A stretch of 64,000 nucleotides of DNA from Macrostomum hystrix (lineage: Eukaryota; Animalia; Platyhelminthes): positions 15,748,001-15,812,000 of the forward strand of contig CATNEN010000039.1 in NCBI GenBank assembly GCA_950097015.1. The letters are read 5' to 3'. Position 1 is the stretch's first letter; every line of letters starts with the position of its first letter. Both the position numbers and the translations under genes were made by a program. This document shows positions 37,050-50,694 of the stretch, in pieces. Below the pieces are notes generated by a model. The model ran no database searches and was not told where the DNA came from. It saw only the letters and a list, made by a program, of their open reading frames with translations.

Positions 37050-37523
37050 ATAGCTTAAAAAACTGAAAATACAGCTGCTAAAAAGTATATACTAGACGAA
37101 TTAAAAACTTTTCTGCTCCCTGAATAGGGGCAAAACTTGCTAGTGAAATTTACTAAAACCAAAAATAATTTTTCATTTTATTTTATTGTTATACTCTGTG
37201 CAACTAAAAATAGCTCTATTGAAGTTAAAACGCATGCAGAAAACATTAGTTGCGCTGCAAAATTAATACGGGATGGTTTGCGTAAAAAAAATCGTCGACA
37301 AGCTGTTGTGTCTGGCTTTGTGCATTTACTTTTGAATAATCTGTTAGTGTTAGAAATATTAGAGTGTAGCAAAGCTGAAGGAGTCTGTTAAGTTAAACAT
37401 TAAATAAGCAGCGAGCTTTTTAAGACCTCATTAATTTTCTAGCGAGACAAGTGAAATAAGCTGACATAGAAAAAAAACGGCAAGCGTAATAAGAGTGACT
37501 TTGCAGAATCAGCTTAGATGAGA

Positions 37524-38215
37524 CTAATCACTAATAACTGTGACGCAATCAGATTTTTCTGCGTTTGGTTTGCATTCGTAGCGTTCGAAAAGTTCTTTTA
37601 CATAATATGATTTAAGCGATTTTTCACAGCCGATGATGGTTTGAAAACGGTTCGAATTAGCTACAGACCTTTTAGCAACGATTTTGTAGCACTTTTCTGA
37701 TGGAGGGCAAAAATCTTCATATGGGCCATACACTTCTTCGCGTTGGTGTTGGTTATACGGCACAATGTTAATGTAAAGAAGGCATGGTACCAGATCACGT
37801 TCTAGATCATTGGTCAAGTTAAATACACTCGCTTTATTGCAGTTATCACCCGTGCAGTCTTTGCAATATTTTGTAGGAGGACAGGCGCCGCAACCATATT
37901 TCAGTCCCTAAAAAAGTTCCCGCATAGGGCAAAATTTATAGGGAAAACTGTTGCTTTATGATTTCGAATTGATATGCTAATTTAATTAGTTTAATTCATT
38001 CGGTTGCTCACCACTTGGTTCCTTTCTTCATTAGGTTGATATTCCACGTAACACTTGGTGACGTTGTCAGCACAATTTCTATCAAAATAAGCATTCTTAT
38101 ATTCATAAAATGGTACTTTATGATTCCTCGACCAGAGACATTTAATACAATCAGCCAGCTGGATGCCTCCAAGTGCAAGAAACACGCAAACAATAACCAG
38201 CTTCATAGTCGTCAT
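37524..38215 (-). CDS. Tandem three-finger protein, copy 3, secreted form, 195 aa; exons 38215-38012 and 37907-37524
   Basis: Signal peptide; intron 38011-37908; GLKYGCGACPPTKYCKDCTGDNCN; ends KSDCVTVISD*. Confidence 0.85.
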
Positions 38216-39714
38216 GATTACCAGCTTCGATTCCGAATAGCCCAGTTAGATTTGGTCGATTAGCTGGCAGGTGGCAGTTGAATTGCTGATCAGGTTTGCA
38301 ACGGCTGAGTAGAATCGGCCAGAATGCTCAGTCGAGTGTTGTCAGTTGTTGGATTTGATTCTTCGTTTCGGGCCGCTGCCCCTTCAATATGCTGCAGAAA
38401 ATGCAGGTCCGAGCCGGCTCGGTCTATGGCAGCGCTGGCTGACACAGGGGGCCCGCCTATTGTCTATGTCAAATTTCAGCTCTACTTTGCTTTTTTCATG
38501 CACGACTTTTCTGAGATGAACTTTAGTGTTGTACTATTAGAAATCTCTCTAGCTTATTGGAGTTTCTCTCTAACAAAGAAGTATTGCACTTTACAAGCAT
38601 CGAATGATTGCTTCCCATGGGCCCATATTTGACAGACTTTTTAGACAGAGCCAGGTTAACGAAAGCTAGTGACTTTTCTTCAATCACATCAAATCGTTCT
38701 TTCTCCGATTCCTCCGCACCTCAGATCCCGCATCCTATGCCACAGATCCCATATCCCAGAAAATACATCCAATAGGGGATACGCTAATCCTACATCCGAG
38801 ATCCTTTATCTCATTCGACAGACCTCAGATCCCAAATCGCAGATCCTGAATCGCACATTCCGAATCGTGATTGAAAAAGCACTTTTAAGTTCCAATCAAC
38901 CCGAATAATAATAGAGAGCGGAGGGACAGGATTTTGAAGTGTCTGCCCGTGCAACAAGGTGACGTAATGCGACGTAGCAATGTGACGTAAATGCAACGTC
39001 ACTGCGACGTAAAAAATGCTAGTCACAATTACGTCACAGCAAGCAAATTTTGTGACGTCGCATTTGCAACCATATGCAACCAATTAAGCGCGCATCTGGT
39101 CACTTGTATATATGGCTGGCCACACTGCAGAAAAAATAAGTAAGCAAAGACAGAGGGATTTATTTTTTATTCCGGCATTCTAGCATAGTTAATTGGGACC
39201 CAAAATGGCCCTATTGCCTTGTCGCCCTACCTAGGACCCTAGCTATATAAGGGTCCGAGAGGCGCAATATATATTTATTAGTCATTACGAGTAATTAGTA
39301 TTTTATTAAAAAATACTCAATCGTTCCATGGTGGAATCGCTGCACATTGGGCTAAAATAGAAATAGTTTCTACCACATACTCGTAGATACATATTCGTCT
39401 AACTGCATGGGAAAAGGGCGCGGACCAATAGAAACGAGTAGCATGGATCGATTGAGTATTTTGTTCTTAATTGGATTTTTGCTTTAGGTTTATCAAAACG
39501 CTTATGACAATGATACTACTGGTGTACTTCCTCAGTAGTGATAGTGGGCTATGTGGCTATGTTTTGAGTAAAATAATGCAAGTAAGCATGGTAAGAAGCA
39601 AAAAAATCTAGAAAAGATGGGGCATGGGAGGGAAGGTTCTGCTGGTTAGCTAAGCATTTTTTCAGCTAGAAATTCCTACGCTTGGATTGTTTAGCATCCT
39701 CAACCTCATCCATC

Positions 39715-41170
39715 ATCCGTCATCCTCAAGGCCAACTTCGTCATGGTCATCCTGGTCTGTGTCGTCGAAGCTCAATGCAGTTGGAAGCCCAGCAGTCCTC
39801 GCCTCTCTCTTCGCCACGTTCGCCATATGCTTCAGAACGCTGCCGACATGGCTGCTTGGTGCCTGGCCTCCGAGCTGTTGCCGTGGAATGCGCGATCCCT
39901 GAATGACCTCTGAAAAAATGCATTTAAGCTAAAGTATATGGTAACTTTTTGGAACATTTTCGGATTGTTATTGAATGTATGGTAACTATTTAGAAAACAT
40001 ATTTTTACCAAAATATGCCAAGTTAATTCAAAGGAGACATAAGGAAGGACAACAATTTCGCGATAAGTTTTTGATCCCAACGCACGATTATAATAATATC
40101 GAAGTTAGTTATCCAAAAAAACTTACTGCAAATTGCATCGAGCACATCTTTTGGAAGTGGTCTCTTGACTTGGTCTTGACCTGAACCAGCAGCAGCAGAG
40201 TGTGTCCTCTTGCGGCCTCCAATGTTGAACCCGGAAAGGATTGTCGGGGTGGCACAGGAGCGAAGGATCGCCGAAATCGTTAACGAAAGTTTACCACCAC
40301 CGACGATTTGATTAGATAGATATCGAACCTAAAGAATCGGATTACATGGGTATTAAGGAAGTGGCATTCTGCAATGATAAAACTCCTGCACTTTTTACAT
40401 TCCATAGAATGCAATAAAATTATTATTTAAGGACGTTATTTTCTGAAAACAAGAGCGATTTGCGAGCTGTGCAGAGGCAGCAGAGCTGGTCCACACTGGA
40501 CCAAAAGTGGTGAGCTTTGAAGATCTGGCGCAATAAAAATGGACATGTACTGACGCCGTCTAATTGCATTTTAAGCTACACTTTTTTACATACAAATTGT
40601 CCATAAAGCCTTCCATGTATACTCACGAATGCAGCCTTCAAATTGCCGTCCTTTTCCAACAAGGAATTTAGCTCAAAAAAGCGGTCACCGGAGTTACATG
40701 GCAGCATGCCAATCAGCGTTGCTGCTGGGTTAGACAGAGCCTGACTTTGGGAGACGAAGCCCATGACGGTCGACTCCAGAGAAACAATTCGCTCTGTGAG
40801 CATTTGGATCCACCCTGAAAACCACACGAATGGGTGTATAATGTATAAAATAAAATGAACAACAGATGAACCGACATGCAGTTAAAGAACATCATTCGTC
40901 TTACTTTGCATATGAGGGCAGTTGACAGCTTTGCCTCCCAGCAGCTATATCTGAATCAGCTTGCTTAGGCCGTGTAGTCGAATGGTTGGACGATGGTTGA
41001 ACAGACAACACAGAGTGCAGTTGGAGTCCGAATCATCAGCATTACTATTGGCAAAAACATCCGCTCTGGAAAAATGAGCAGAAGCCGCTGTAGGAGTACC
41101 CGGCCCAATAGTGTTTTTTGAACTGGCAGATCTGGCAGCAGCTGGACTCTTGGGCACGGGCATCTTAGAA
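39715..41170 (-). pseudogene. Spliced gene remnant, possibly DUF4806/BEN-like (more complete copy)
   Basis: Includes IGMLPCNSGDRFFELNSLLEKDGNLKAAF|GTGAGT plus the exons seen at 4363-5310. Confidence 0.35.
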
Positions 41171-41487
41171 TAATGTGGTGCTGAAGCAAATTATTCTCAA
41201 GCAAATTATACTCAAGCAAATTATTTAATAAAACTATGCATCGCTCTCGTTACATTATTGTTAGCATTCCAATCACGCTAACGCAGTAATTTCTAAAATG
41301 CTATATGAACATAGGAGCATTCTTTGGTCCTATGGTAGCTTACTTCGTCCAAAGCTGGGACAAACCGATTCGGACTAAACGTTAAACACCTATGGAACTT
41401 TTGCGGATTTATTTGAGGCTGTCCAAACGCAGATTAACAAAGAGCTCAAGTGTGGGCGGTATCGCGAGTGCCCGACCGGCGGGCGTC

Positions 41488-41903
41488 CAAAATTGGTCAG
41501 CGCCCTTGGAGCCCTGCCCAAAGATAGTGATCGTGTGCGCCTTATTCCCGACTGCAGTCGGCCTTTGAATAACTCTTTGAACTCCAGATGGGTCTGCCAG
41601 GAGAAGCTGCGATTCACGTGCGCCGATAACTTTGCGAGAAAGCTGTCCAGAGGCTGTTTTATGACAAAGGTGGACCTCAGCGAAGCGTACCGCGCCTGTG
41701 GTATTAACCCGACGATTTCAGTCAGGCGGGAATTAAGTTCCGCTTCGGGCAGTCCAAAGCAGTACCTACATGTACGACACCCGTCTGCCGTTCGGCGCTG
41801 CGGCATCTGTTACCTGTTTTCATCATCTTAGCAATGCTGTGAGATTAACGATGCTGCGCAGAGGCTTCGTAGGCACCGAGTCCTACTTGGACGATTTCGC
41901 CAG
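41488..41903 (+). mobile_element. DIRS/Ngaro RT remnant (duplicate of 5620-6035)
   Basis: Same motifs as 5620-6035. Confidence 0.75.
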
Positions 41904-42477
41904 GCTTAGGCCTAGTAAACTCGAATCGAGACCATTAAAACATGCACATGAAATATTACCGAATTTAGATCCGAATTCGATCATTTTGTGATTGAATTTT
42001 CTAACTCAAATCTAACAGATTAAATATAAAACAAGAATTACTACCAAATTTTGTTTATACAATGTGCGACACTACTAAGCGCAAATTGAGCATGCTGAGA
42101 AAGCATCCAGCATGCTCTATCGTCGAATTTAACGTGTCTAAAAATGTGCTTTTTTACCGTTATAATGTAAACACGGTTGTAAAATTATACAACGAAGGGT
42201 AAATTCAAAACGAATTCAATTGAATTTTCTAATTCTAAAACGATGAGCTTTGCATAATTTTGCTTGGAATTAAAAAAGCAAAGCTTCTGAAATTTTTTAA
42301 TCGTGCTTCGTCTTTGGATTTCAACAAGAAATCCGCAACTGAGTAACAAGAATTCAATATCCGTTAATTTTTGTGTAACCTACTGCATGACGCCATTTCA
42401 TCGTTGATATACAATATCTGAAGCTAAAAAAATGACAGAGATGCGCAAATGTATTATAGAAAGTCAATCTACTATGC

Positions 42478-42917
42478 CAGAGGGGCTCACTGACCGGAAG
42501 ATCATTTTCCACTCCGACAGTCAAGCCGCCCTCGACCGCAGCACCACCTGCTCTAAGACCACCTTGGACTGCAACGCCCAGCTCAACGAGCTGGCGCGGG
42601 CCAACGAGGTCAAGCTCAAATGGATCCCAGGTCACGCTGGCTTCCCAGGGAATGAGATGGCGGACCAGCTCGCAAGAGCCTGGCGCTCCTATCCCCGCCA
42701 CTGTGACCAACCTCAAGCTGAAGCGCTGGATGGAGGCACAGCACCTGGACAGATGGACCAGGACCCAGAACTGCAAGCAGTCCAGGGCAGCGGTCCCATG
42801 TCCGTCTCACCGCCCTCGCAAAGCCCTCTTAAAGCTGAACCGCAGAGATCTCCGCGCAGTCAGCATGGCCCTCTCAGGGCATGGCTGTTTTTCTCGGCAT
42901 CGCTATCTCCAGGACCA
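42478..42917 (+). mobile_element. LINE RNase H fragment (duplicate of 6610-7022)
   Basis: SDSQAAL, WIPGHAGFPGNEMAD, LSGHG. Confidence 0.8.
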
Positions 42918-44159
42918 ACAAAAGTTTTTAGCCACGAAGAATGCAATCATTTCTGGATTTACCACAAAGCTTTAGCTGGCTGAATTAAAACAATATTATA
43001 GTACTGATGCCTATAGAATAAGCGGATGCTGCTAGATAATTATTTACCATCGGAATTATGCAAAACTCAAAATAACATACAAAATAACACAATAACTCGG
43101 AAGTAAGTCCGATTCTTCTATTCTTAGCATCACAAAATTCCGGGTCAAATTCAGAAAGCGCACGCGAAGAAGATGTGAACGAAGGATTTTGTCTATAACT
43201 TTCAAACCATTTGATAAAAATGCTTAATTTTGCACAGGATTGTATAAAAATATGTGCTTGAGGTGGTACAAATGTGGTACAGGCCGTATGTATTCTATTT
43301 TTGGAGAGAGAAGACCATTTGCTACCGGGAATCACTTCATTAAAACTTTAGACGATGATTTTTTGCTTATTAAAGCTCGCTCAGATCAACTTTTGAGCTC
43401 AAAAGATGCGGATTTTGCTGAAATGTTATAAATATAAAACGGTACAAGAATCTAGTCAGAAGCGAGGACGCAATTGATCAGCCCAATGCCAGCCGCATCG
43501 AATTTTTAAATCCAGAAATTTGAAGGCTTCAAAAGTGACAGGATTAGCACTATCAATCTGGTCAAAATCTATTAGCAAAGACGGATTTTGCAAGTGGTAC
43601 AACTGATTTTAAAAAGTGATGCGGCTGGGTTGCTGCTAGCGAAAAGTGCGTATGCAACGGTACCTCCAGCAGTTTCAGCAGGGCATGGCGGCGTCCGTCG
43701 TGTTTGTGGATGGTGTAGGGACTCTATTTGAACTTCCTCATTCTGTCTCGTTGTGAATCTTTGTCGCTTACCCTCCTTTTCTTTGTTATCTTTTTCCCTT
43801 CCTCTTCGTTTCGCTGCTGCTTTCGCTAAGTTTGTGCCTCTCTCGTGCATCTTTGTTCGTGCTTTGGGGGCACAAAATGACTACTTTCAGACATCAAGCC
43901 AGGTTTAACTGATCATTGTGCAGCTTGCACGGAGTGTTAAAAAATAATTCGGAACAGATATACGAGTATATGTATATATTTTGTCATAAAATATGACAAG
44001 CCTGGCATGCTTGGGATTTGCAACGGAAATCGGTCAGTTTTTGTTATTGAGAGGAGACTTTTAGCGCCTTGATTTTTTCAGCACATTTTCAGGCAGAACT
44101 TCCAGTGCATTCAGTACATCAAAACATGAAAATAAGATTCAAAAGAAAAGATATAAAAA

Positions 44160-45007
44160 TCAACAACAAAACCAAATAAACTGTGCAAGCAGCATCGTTA
44201 GCAGCGTCGTGCAGCCGAGCACTACGGATACGAACAGCAAATTTTGGTGCGAAGCATCCACAGCAGTCGGGGTTGCAGGCGGAGTGTACAATGGGATACA
44301 ATCTGATTTTTCGGCGTTTGGTCTACATTCGTATCGTTCAAGCATTAAATGTTCCTTTCTCAATATTTTTTCGTGTATGTGTTCAAGCCGTTTTTCACAG
44401 CCGATGATGGTTTTAAAATGCATTCCTGGTACAGACCTTTTAGCAACAATTTTAAAGCACTTTTCTGATGGAGGGCAAAAGATTTCGGTTGGACCTTGCA
44501 CTCCTTCGCGTTGATCAGGCTCATTGTCATTCAGCAGCCTTTTATCGTAGTGAAGGCATGGTACCAGATCACGTTCTAGATCATTGATCAAGTTAAATAC
44601 ACTCGCTTTATTGCATTTATGACCCGTGCAGTCTTTGCAATAGTTTGCAGCAGGACAGGCGCCGCAACCATATTTCAGTCCCTAAAAAAGTTTCCGCATA
44701 GGGCAAAATTTATAGGGCGAACTGTTGCTTTATGATTTCGAATTGATATGCTAATTAAATTTGTTTAATTCATTCGGTTGCTCACCACTTCGTGCTGAGA
44801 GTAAAAACCAGTTGGACCTTTAGGTTGATATTCCACGTAACACTTGGTGTCTTTGGCAGGAGTACAATCTGTAGCAGTATCGTCATTCTTATATTCATAA
44901 AATGATACTTTTTTATTTTTCGACCAGACACATTTTATACAATCAGCCAGCTGAATGTTTTCAAGTGCAAGAAACACGCAAACAATAACCAGCTTCATAG
45001 TCGTCAT
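44160..45007 (-). CDS. Tandem three-finger protein, copy 4, membrane/GPI-anchored form, 247 aa; exons 45007-44786 and 44681-44160
   Basis: Signal peptide; intron 44785-44682; GLKYGCGACPAANYCKDCTGHKCN; C-terminal hydrophobic LLFVSVVLGCTTLLTMLLAQFIWFCC. Confidence 0.88.
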
Positions 45008-45647
45008 GATTGCCAGCTTCGATTCCGAATAGCCCAGTTAGATTTGGTCGATTAGCTGGCAGGTGGCAGTTGAACTGCAGTCAATTCTTGATCCGATTTG
45101 CAACGGCTGAGTAGAATCGGCCAGAATGCTTAGTCGAGTGTTGTCAGTTGTTGGATTTGATTCTTCGTTTCGGGCCGCTGCCCCTTCAATATGCTGCAGA
45201 AAATGCAGGTCCGAGCCGGCTCGGCCTATGGCAGTGCTGGCTGACACAGGGGTGCCCGCCTTTTGTCTATGGCAAATTTCAGCTCTACTTTGCTTTTTTC
45301 ATGCATGACTTTTCTGAGATGAACTTTTGTGTTGTACTATTAGAAAGCTTTCTATCTTATTGGAGTTTCTCTAACAAAGAATTATTGCACTTTACAAGCA
45401 TCGAATGTATGCTTCCCATGGGCCCATGTTTGACAGACTTTTTAGACAGAGCCAGGTTAACGAAAACTAGTTACTTTTCTTCAGTCACATCAAATCGTTC
45501 TTTCTCAGATTCCTCCGCACCTCAGATCCCGCATCCTATGCCACAGATCCCATATCCCAGAAGATACATCCAATATGGGATGCCGCTGATCCTACATCCG
45601 AGATCCTATATCTCATTCGACAGACCTTAGATCCTAAATCGCATCCT

Positions 45648-46848
45648 CATCCTGGAGAGAAAGCCTTCAGGCAAGCTGTCCTTCAAGCAGCTAAGCACCA
45701 CATCCTAGCTAGGAAACTTCAAAATTTTCGTCCTCACTTCCCGCCGGAAGCCGACACCCTCTGCAAGCAAAGAGACCTCATTCGCACGGATAACCCGCAC
45801 GGAAGCTATCACCATCATTCAAGACGAAATCAACCAGATCTGCTCCAACTTTCGCCGGGCGAACTCGAGGGAAAAGCTTGAGCAGTTCAGCATCAAGCAC
45901 CTGGTCTCTGAACTGTGGCGAACCATCAAGAACCTCAGCGGTAAAGGCCACAAAGAAAACTCCGCTGGCATCCTTTTTGACGAGCTTCCCTTAACTGATC
46001 CCAAACGCATTGCCAAGGCCTCCAACAGGCAGTTCTTTGATCAAATTCATCCGGCCACCCCGGAAGACAGACGCCTCAAAAGGGACATGCTTTCCCCCAC
46101 CAATGGCTTCCTGCTCACGTCCAAGTGACGTCACGTCGGCCATCAAAAGCTCTTCGCCGTTCGAAGCCACCGGACCGGATGGCCTTTCCCCAATCGTCCT
46201 GAAGCATCTTGGACCAAGGGGAATTGCCTTCCTCTGCTGCCTATTCAATCTGAGCCTTACCACCAGTATATCGTTCATAGCACCTGGACATCTGCGAAGG
46301 TAGTGCCTCTTCTCAAAGGAACAAAGATGCTACCTGCAGCTCCTCCTACAGGCCAATCTCGATCCTTTCTCCAGCCGCCAAATTGCTGGAAAATTGCCTG
46401 CTGTCCACCTTTCAGAGCGCACTCCCGCTCCCTACCTGGCAGCATGGCTTCCGCGCGGGGCACTCCACCGCCACCGCCCTTACCAGCCTCACCAGCTCCA
46501 TCAGCAACGGCCTTAGCCAACCTAAACCTGCTGAGAGGACTCTGCTCATCGCACTCGATCTGCAAAAAGCGTTCGACAAAGTCAATCACGCCAAGCTCCT
46601 CCGGATGCTCTTCAACTCCAGCCTGCCGAAATGCCTCACCAGGTGGCTCAGTGCGTACCTGTGCGGTCGGAGCACGAGAGTCCTCTTCCGCGGCTCGCTC
46701 TCCTCGGCCAGGCGTCTCAGAGCGGGCGTGCCTCAGGGAGGAGTTCTGTCCGCGCTCCTCTTTGCCTACTACATGAGCGACATCCCGGCTCCTCCTGGCC
46801 AGATCCAGCTGACTCAATACGCTGACGACCTCACAGTCTGCACGAGAG
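45648..46848 (+). mobile_element. Decayed LINE (I/Jockey-like) RT fragment
   Basis: ATGPDGLSP..LKHL, QHGFRAGHST, ALDLQKAFDKVNH, GVPQGGVLS, QYADDL; truncated where the copy-5 upstream sequence starts. Confidence 0.88.
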
Positions 46849-47084
46849 GCCCCTGTGTGAGCCAGCGCTGCCATAGACCGAGCCGGCTCGCACCTGCATT
46901 TTCTGCAGCATATTGAAGAGGCAGCGGCCCGAAACGAAGAATCAAATCCAACAACTGACAACACTCGACTAAGCATTCTGGCCGATTCTACTCAGCCGTT
47001 GCAAACCTGATCAGCAATTCAACTGCCACCTGCCAGCTAATCGACCAAATCTAACTGGGCTATTCGGAATCGAAGCTGGCAATC

Positions 47085-47945
47085 ATGACGACTATGAAGC
47101 TAGTTATTGTTTGCGTGTTTCTTGCACTTGGAGGCATCCAGCTGGCTGATTGTATTAAATTTATCTCGTCGAAAAATGGAAGAGTAAAATTCTCTGTATA
47201 TAAGAATGACGATACTGATACAGATTGTAGTCCTGCCAACGTCACCAAGTGTTACGTGAATTATCAACCTGAAGGTTCAACCGTCAATACTGACGAAGTG
47301 GTGAGCGACCGAATGAATAAAACTAATTTAATTAGCATATCAATTCGAAATCATAAAGCAACAGTTCGCCCTATAAATTTCGCCCTATGCGGAAACTTTT
47401 TTTAGAAACTGAAATATGGTTGCGGGGCCTGTCCTGCTACAAATTATTGCAAAGACTGCACGGGTGATAAATGCAATAAAGCGAGTGTATTTAACTTGAT
47501 CAATGATCTAGAACGTGATCTGGTACAATGCATTTCCTACGTGAAACGAGATATAGTTCCACAGCCGGGACATTTCTCTGAAAATTTTTGCCCTCCATCA
47601 GAAAAGTGCATTAAACTGATTTCTAAATCTAATTACCTCACTGAAACCTATATCAACTGTGAACATTACGAGTATGTCAACGATAAATATAAATGCAACC
47701 AAGAATACTCCTCACCGTCGCATTTTGTGGAGTTTGAACACTACGAATGTACAAAAAACGCAGTAAACTCTAATTGTAGCGAATTACTAATGCGTGCAAC
47801 CACGACTGCTGCGGGTACAACCACGACTGGTGCTTGGCACCCGATTATGCTGTTCGTATTCGTACTGCTTGGCTGCACGATGCTGATAGCGATTCTGATT
47901 GCCCTGTTTATTTGGTGCCATTATAATTTTTTTGTTTTTCTTTGA
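47085..47945 (+). CDS. Tandem three-finger protein, copy 5, anchored form, 251 aa; exons 47085-47300 and 47406-47945
   Basis: Signal peptide; intron 47301-47405 (GTGAGC...TTTTAG); KLKYGCGACPATNYCKDCTGDKCN; most divergent second domain; hydrophobic tail; first Cys replaced by Phe (IKF). Confidence 0.85.
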
Positions 47946-49194
47946 TTTTATTAAAAATTTAGTTTTCATGTTGTGATGTATTGAATGCATTGAAACTGAA
48001 GTCATTATTGAATGTATTTTTTAACACAAGCTGCACAATGATCAGTTAAACCTGGCTTGATGTTTGAAGGTAGTCATTTTGAGCACCCAAAATAGCCGCT
48101 TTGGACTGCCCGAAACGGTGTAGAGTGTAGAATTACGGTACTATTTCTTTTTAACCAATCATGCGCTAACTGCTCTACTCATTTCGCTTAAGTAGTATTT
48201 TTAGAAAAAGCGAACCAGAAAACATATAAGTACAGCATGTGATTCATTTCACCAAAAAAGGAAAGCGAATCAATCAAAAAGTCATGTGATTACTATTAAT
48301 AGTATCAAATCAATTTTTATGTCATAAGAAATCCACAATCCCACCAATCATGTTACCCAAAATCAATCAAAAGGTCACGAAAGCGATAATCCATCTTTTT
48401 GTGCTTCTACTGCTTCAGTTGTTAAAAAGTCTATCCTCTCAAGTTGTCAAGCGTTGACCCAAACATTTTGACACAATTTTGACACCTGTACACTGAACGC
48501 ACTCATCGAACCCGAGAGGGTCAGATTCTCTATAAATACGAGAACTATAAATCGTACAAGAACTCCGGAGCGAGCCCAGATTCAGAGTCTCGCCGAGAAG
48601 AGAAAAACGGAGAGAAGAATCTGAAGTGGATCGGACTCCAGGTCCAAGACTTGTGGTAAGAGTTCCTTGAGTTATCCTAATTAATTATTTATTAATTAGA
48701 AGGCTCATTCTTGAGCTAAGTCAAACCTCTCCAAGTAATCGTTAAACCAACGATTAAAAGCGTAGTCACAGACGTGTGATTACATTGAATATATTACAAA
48801 GGGTGAGCGCCAGACTCGTGGTAAAACCTACCAGAGCTGGTAAGAAGGAACTCTACAAGTAGCTATTGGTTAACCGACATCAACGACAAATCGGCGTCAA
48901 GAAGACACAACCCCGAACCTAGGTTTCCTAATTTCTATTGGTCCGTTGTAACTACGAAAGAAACCAAAGGAGAATAAACTAAACTCCTATTGTATTCGAA
49001 CGATCCAGATACCTGAAGAGTAACAAGAAGCCCAAAGCATCAGAAAACTCGAAGCCGGCCGCAACCGAAGAGAACAAGAGAACCACTAAACAAAAGAAGG
49101 TAAGATCTACAACTTCTACTAATCAAGTACTGGGGCACCCAGCAGTTGCTGGAAGTGATAAATTCCTAAAAGAGAAACAAGGAACTTATCAACG

Positions 49195-49338
49195 GAACTT
49201 AATTCCCGTCTGACTGAACATTCACTATCTTTGGGCAGGGCTTTAAGGGCGCTGACCAATTTTGGACGCCCGCCGGTCGGGCACTCGCGATACCGCCCAC
49301 ACTTGAGCTCTTTGTTAATCTGCGTTTGGACAGCCTCA
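49195..49338 (-). mobile_element. Internally deleted inverted copy of the DIRS remnant region (5545-5660 joined to ~5850-5875)
   Basis: Reverse complement of GAGGCTGTCCAAACGCAGATTAACAAAGAGCTCAAGTGTGGGCGG...CCCAAAGATAGTGA. Confidence 0.8.
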
Positions 49339-50113
49339 AAATGAAATATTGACAGAATGGTAGTTATCAGCTTCAACTGGCTTGAAACCAGAAGCACTCT
49401 TGTCAGTAATGCGGAATCCGGAGGCAACACCATCGAGAATAAAACTGTTCCTATCCTCAGGTAAATCAGTGCACATCAGCTCCTTCTTCCACTCTGCTAA
49501 TTTTAGATCTGTAGATAAAACCAGGGCGTTAAAATCAGAACAAGCACCAAGTCAGTGCGAAGGCCTAGTCGTCTCACTGCCCTCGCCATCCCGATGGGCA
49601 GCAGCTTCTGAGAGCCTGAGTTCTGAGTTTCTAATCTCTAGAAATTGATTTATTTATAACGGCTCTGGCACTTTGCCTCGTACATTTCACCTATTAAGAA
49701 ATCGAATCGAGTATCAAATGTTGTGGGGCACGGCAGGTAGCATAATCAAGTGTGAAACCCAAAGTTTCTGCCGCTTCCTTTCTACTGGCAGCAATGTGCA
49801 TAGATCCATTACTGCTTTAGGCTTAGACATCCTAATTCCTTCATATGTCACAAACCCAAATCTTTGAAGATTTTTCTGAAGAACAGTTGCGTTACTGTGC
49901 TATATAATGGAATGTAATGTATGCTAAAGCCACACAGTTACCTTCACTTTCATGTCCAGTTTCATTCTGAGCGGGATCTTCAAAGGGTTAAGCCCTGGCG
50001 GAGGTGCCATAAGCCATTTATAACTGATACTTATCACAAGAGCCTGACCCAGCCGGCAGGTGATGACGTATGCGTCGTGGGGTTTAGGAGGCCACAGCAT
50101 CGTCAGTTCCCTA

Positions 50114-50694
50114 TCAGGTCAGAAATGCGTTCTTCTCAGCCAAAATGTGCGAACCGCACTGCGGACACCTTTGAGCTCCCAGGACGCACTGACGGCAGTA
50201 CAGGAGGTGCGCGCACGGAAGCAGGACCACATCGCGCGACCGCGTCTTGCACATTGTGCAAAATGGACTGCCTTCAATTAGTTCGCTTTGTGGTTTCGCT
50301 TCCACACTAGGAGCTTGTACTGAGGCGCTGTGGGTTATTGTTTGAAGCAGGTAAAAATTGCTCAGATTAAGCAGCGAGAAAAGACAAATTGAGGTCGAGG
50401 TAAAAATTGATGTCGCTCACCTGCCGCATGGTCTGATTGTTGTGCCAATCGGCTCATTTTGAATTAAATTAGGCTGTGTCCTTGTGCTGCCTATGCTGTA
50501 GCCTTGACTAGCGCCCTGACTCAAGGAGCTTAGAAGACTCGACACAATTTCAGCCAGAGCGGAGACCTCCTCATTGAAGGACTGCAGAATCTCTATCAGC
50601 TCACCAGTTTTCCAGCCGTTCTCTTTGAAATTAGTTTTAAAGGCCAGGCGAAGTGCTCCTAGGATTGTTTGGGATTTTGAGAATCCAAAAGATT
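50114..50694 (-). pseudogene. 5'-truncated gene with a C-terminal IAP/MDM2-type RING finger; exons ~50694-50421 and 50327-50114
   Basis: CTMCKTRSRDVVLLPCAHLLYCRQC....RCPQC...FLT*; a phase-2 GT-AG intron at 50420-50328 keeps the frame; the upstream exon starts ESFGFS (UBA-like) at a repeat boundary. Confidence 0.7.

Larger units (their letters stand above)
37063..45645 (+). repeat. Segmental duplication, copy B
   Basis: Colinear with 1678-12160, without the solo LTR; ends where a LINE fragment begins. Confidence 0.95.

Noticed and set aside
36450-37058. (GDHCQL)n / (STGGSL)n ORFs
   Set aside because: Translations of the 18-bp satellite, frameshifted by 17-bp variant units.
48119-49135. Possible LTR (TG start, TATAAATA at ~48531, TGGGGC at 49131)
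   Set aside because: No second copy, TSD or convincing PBS in the window.
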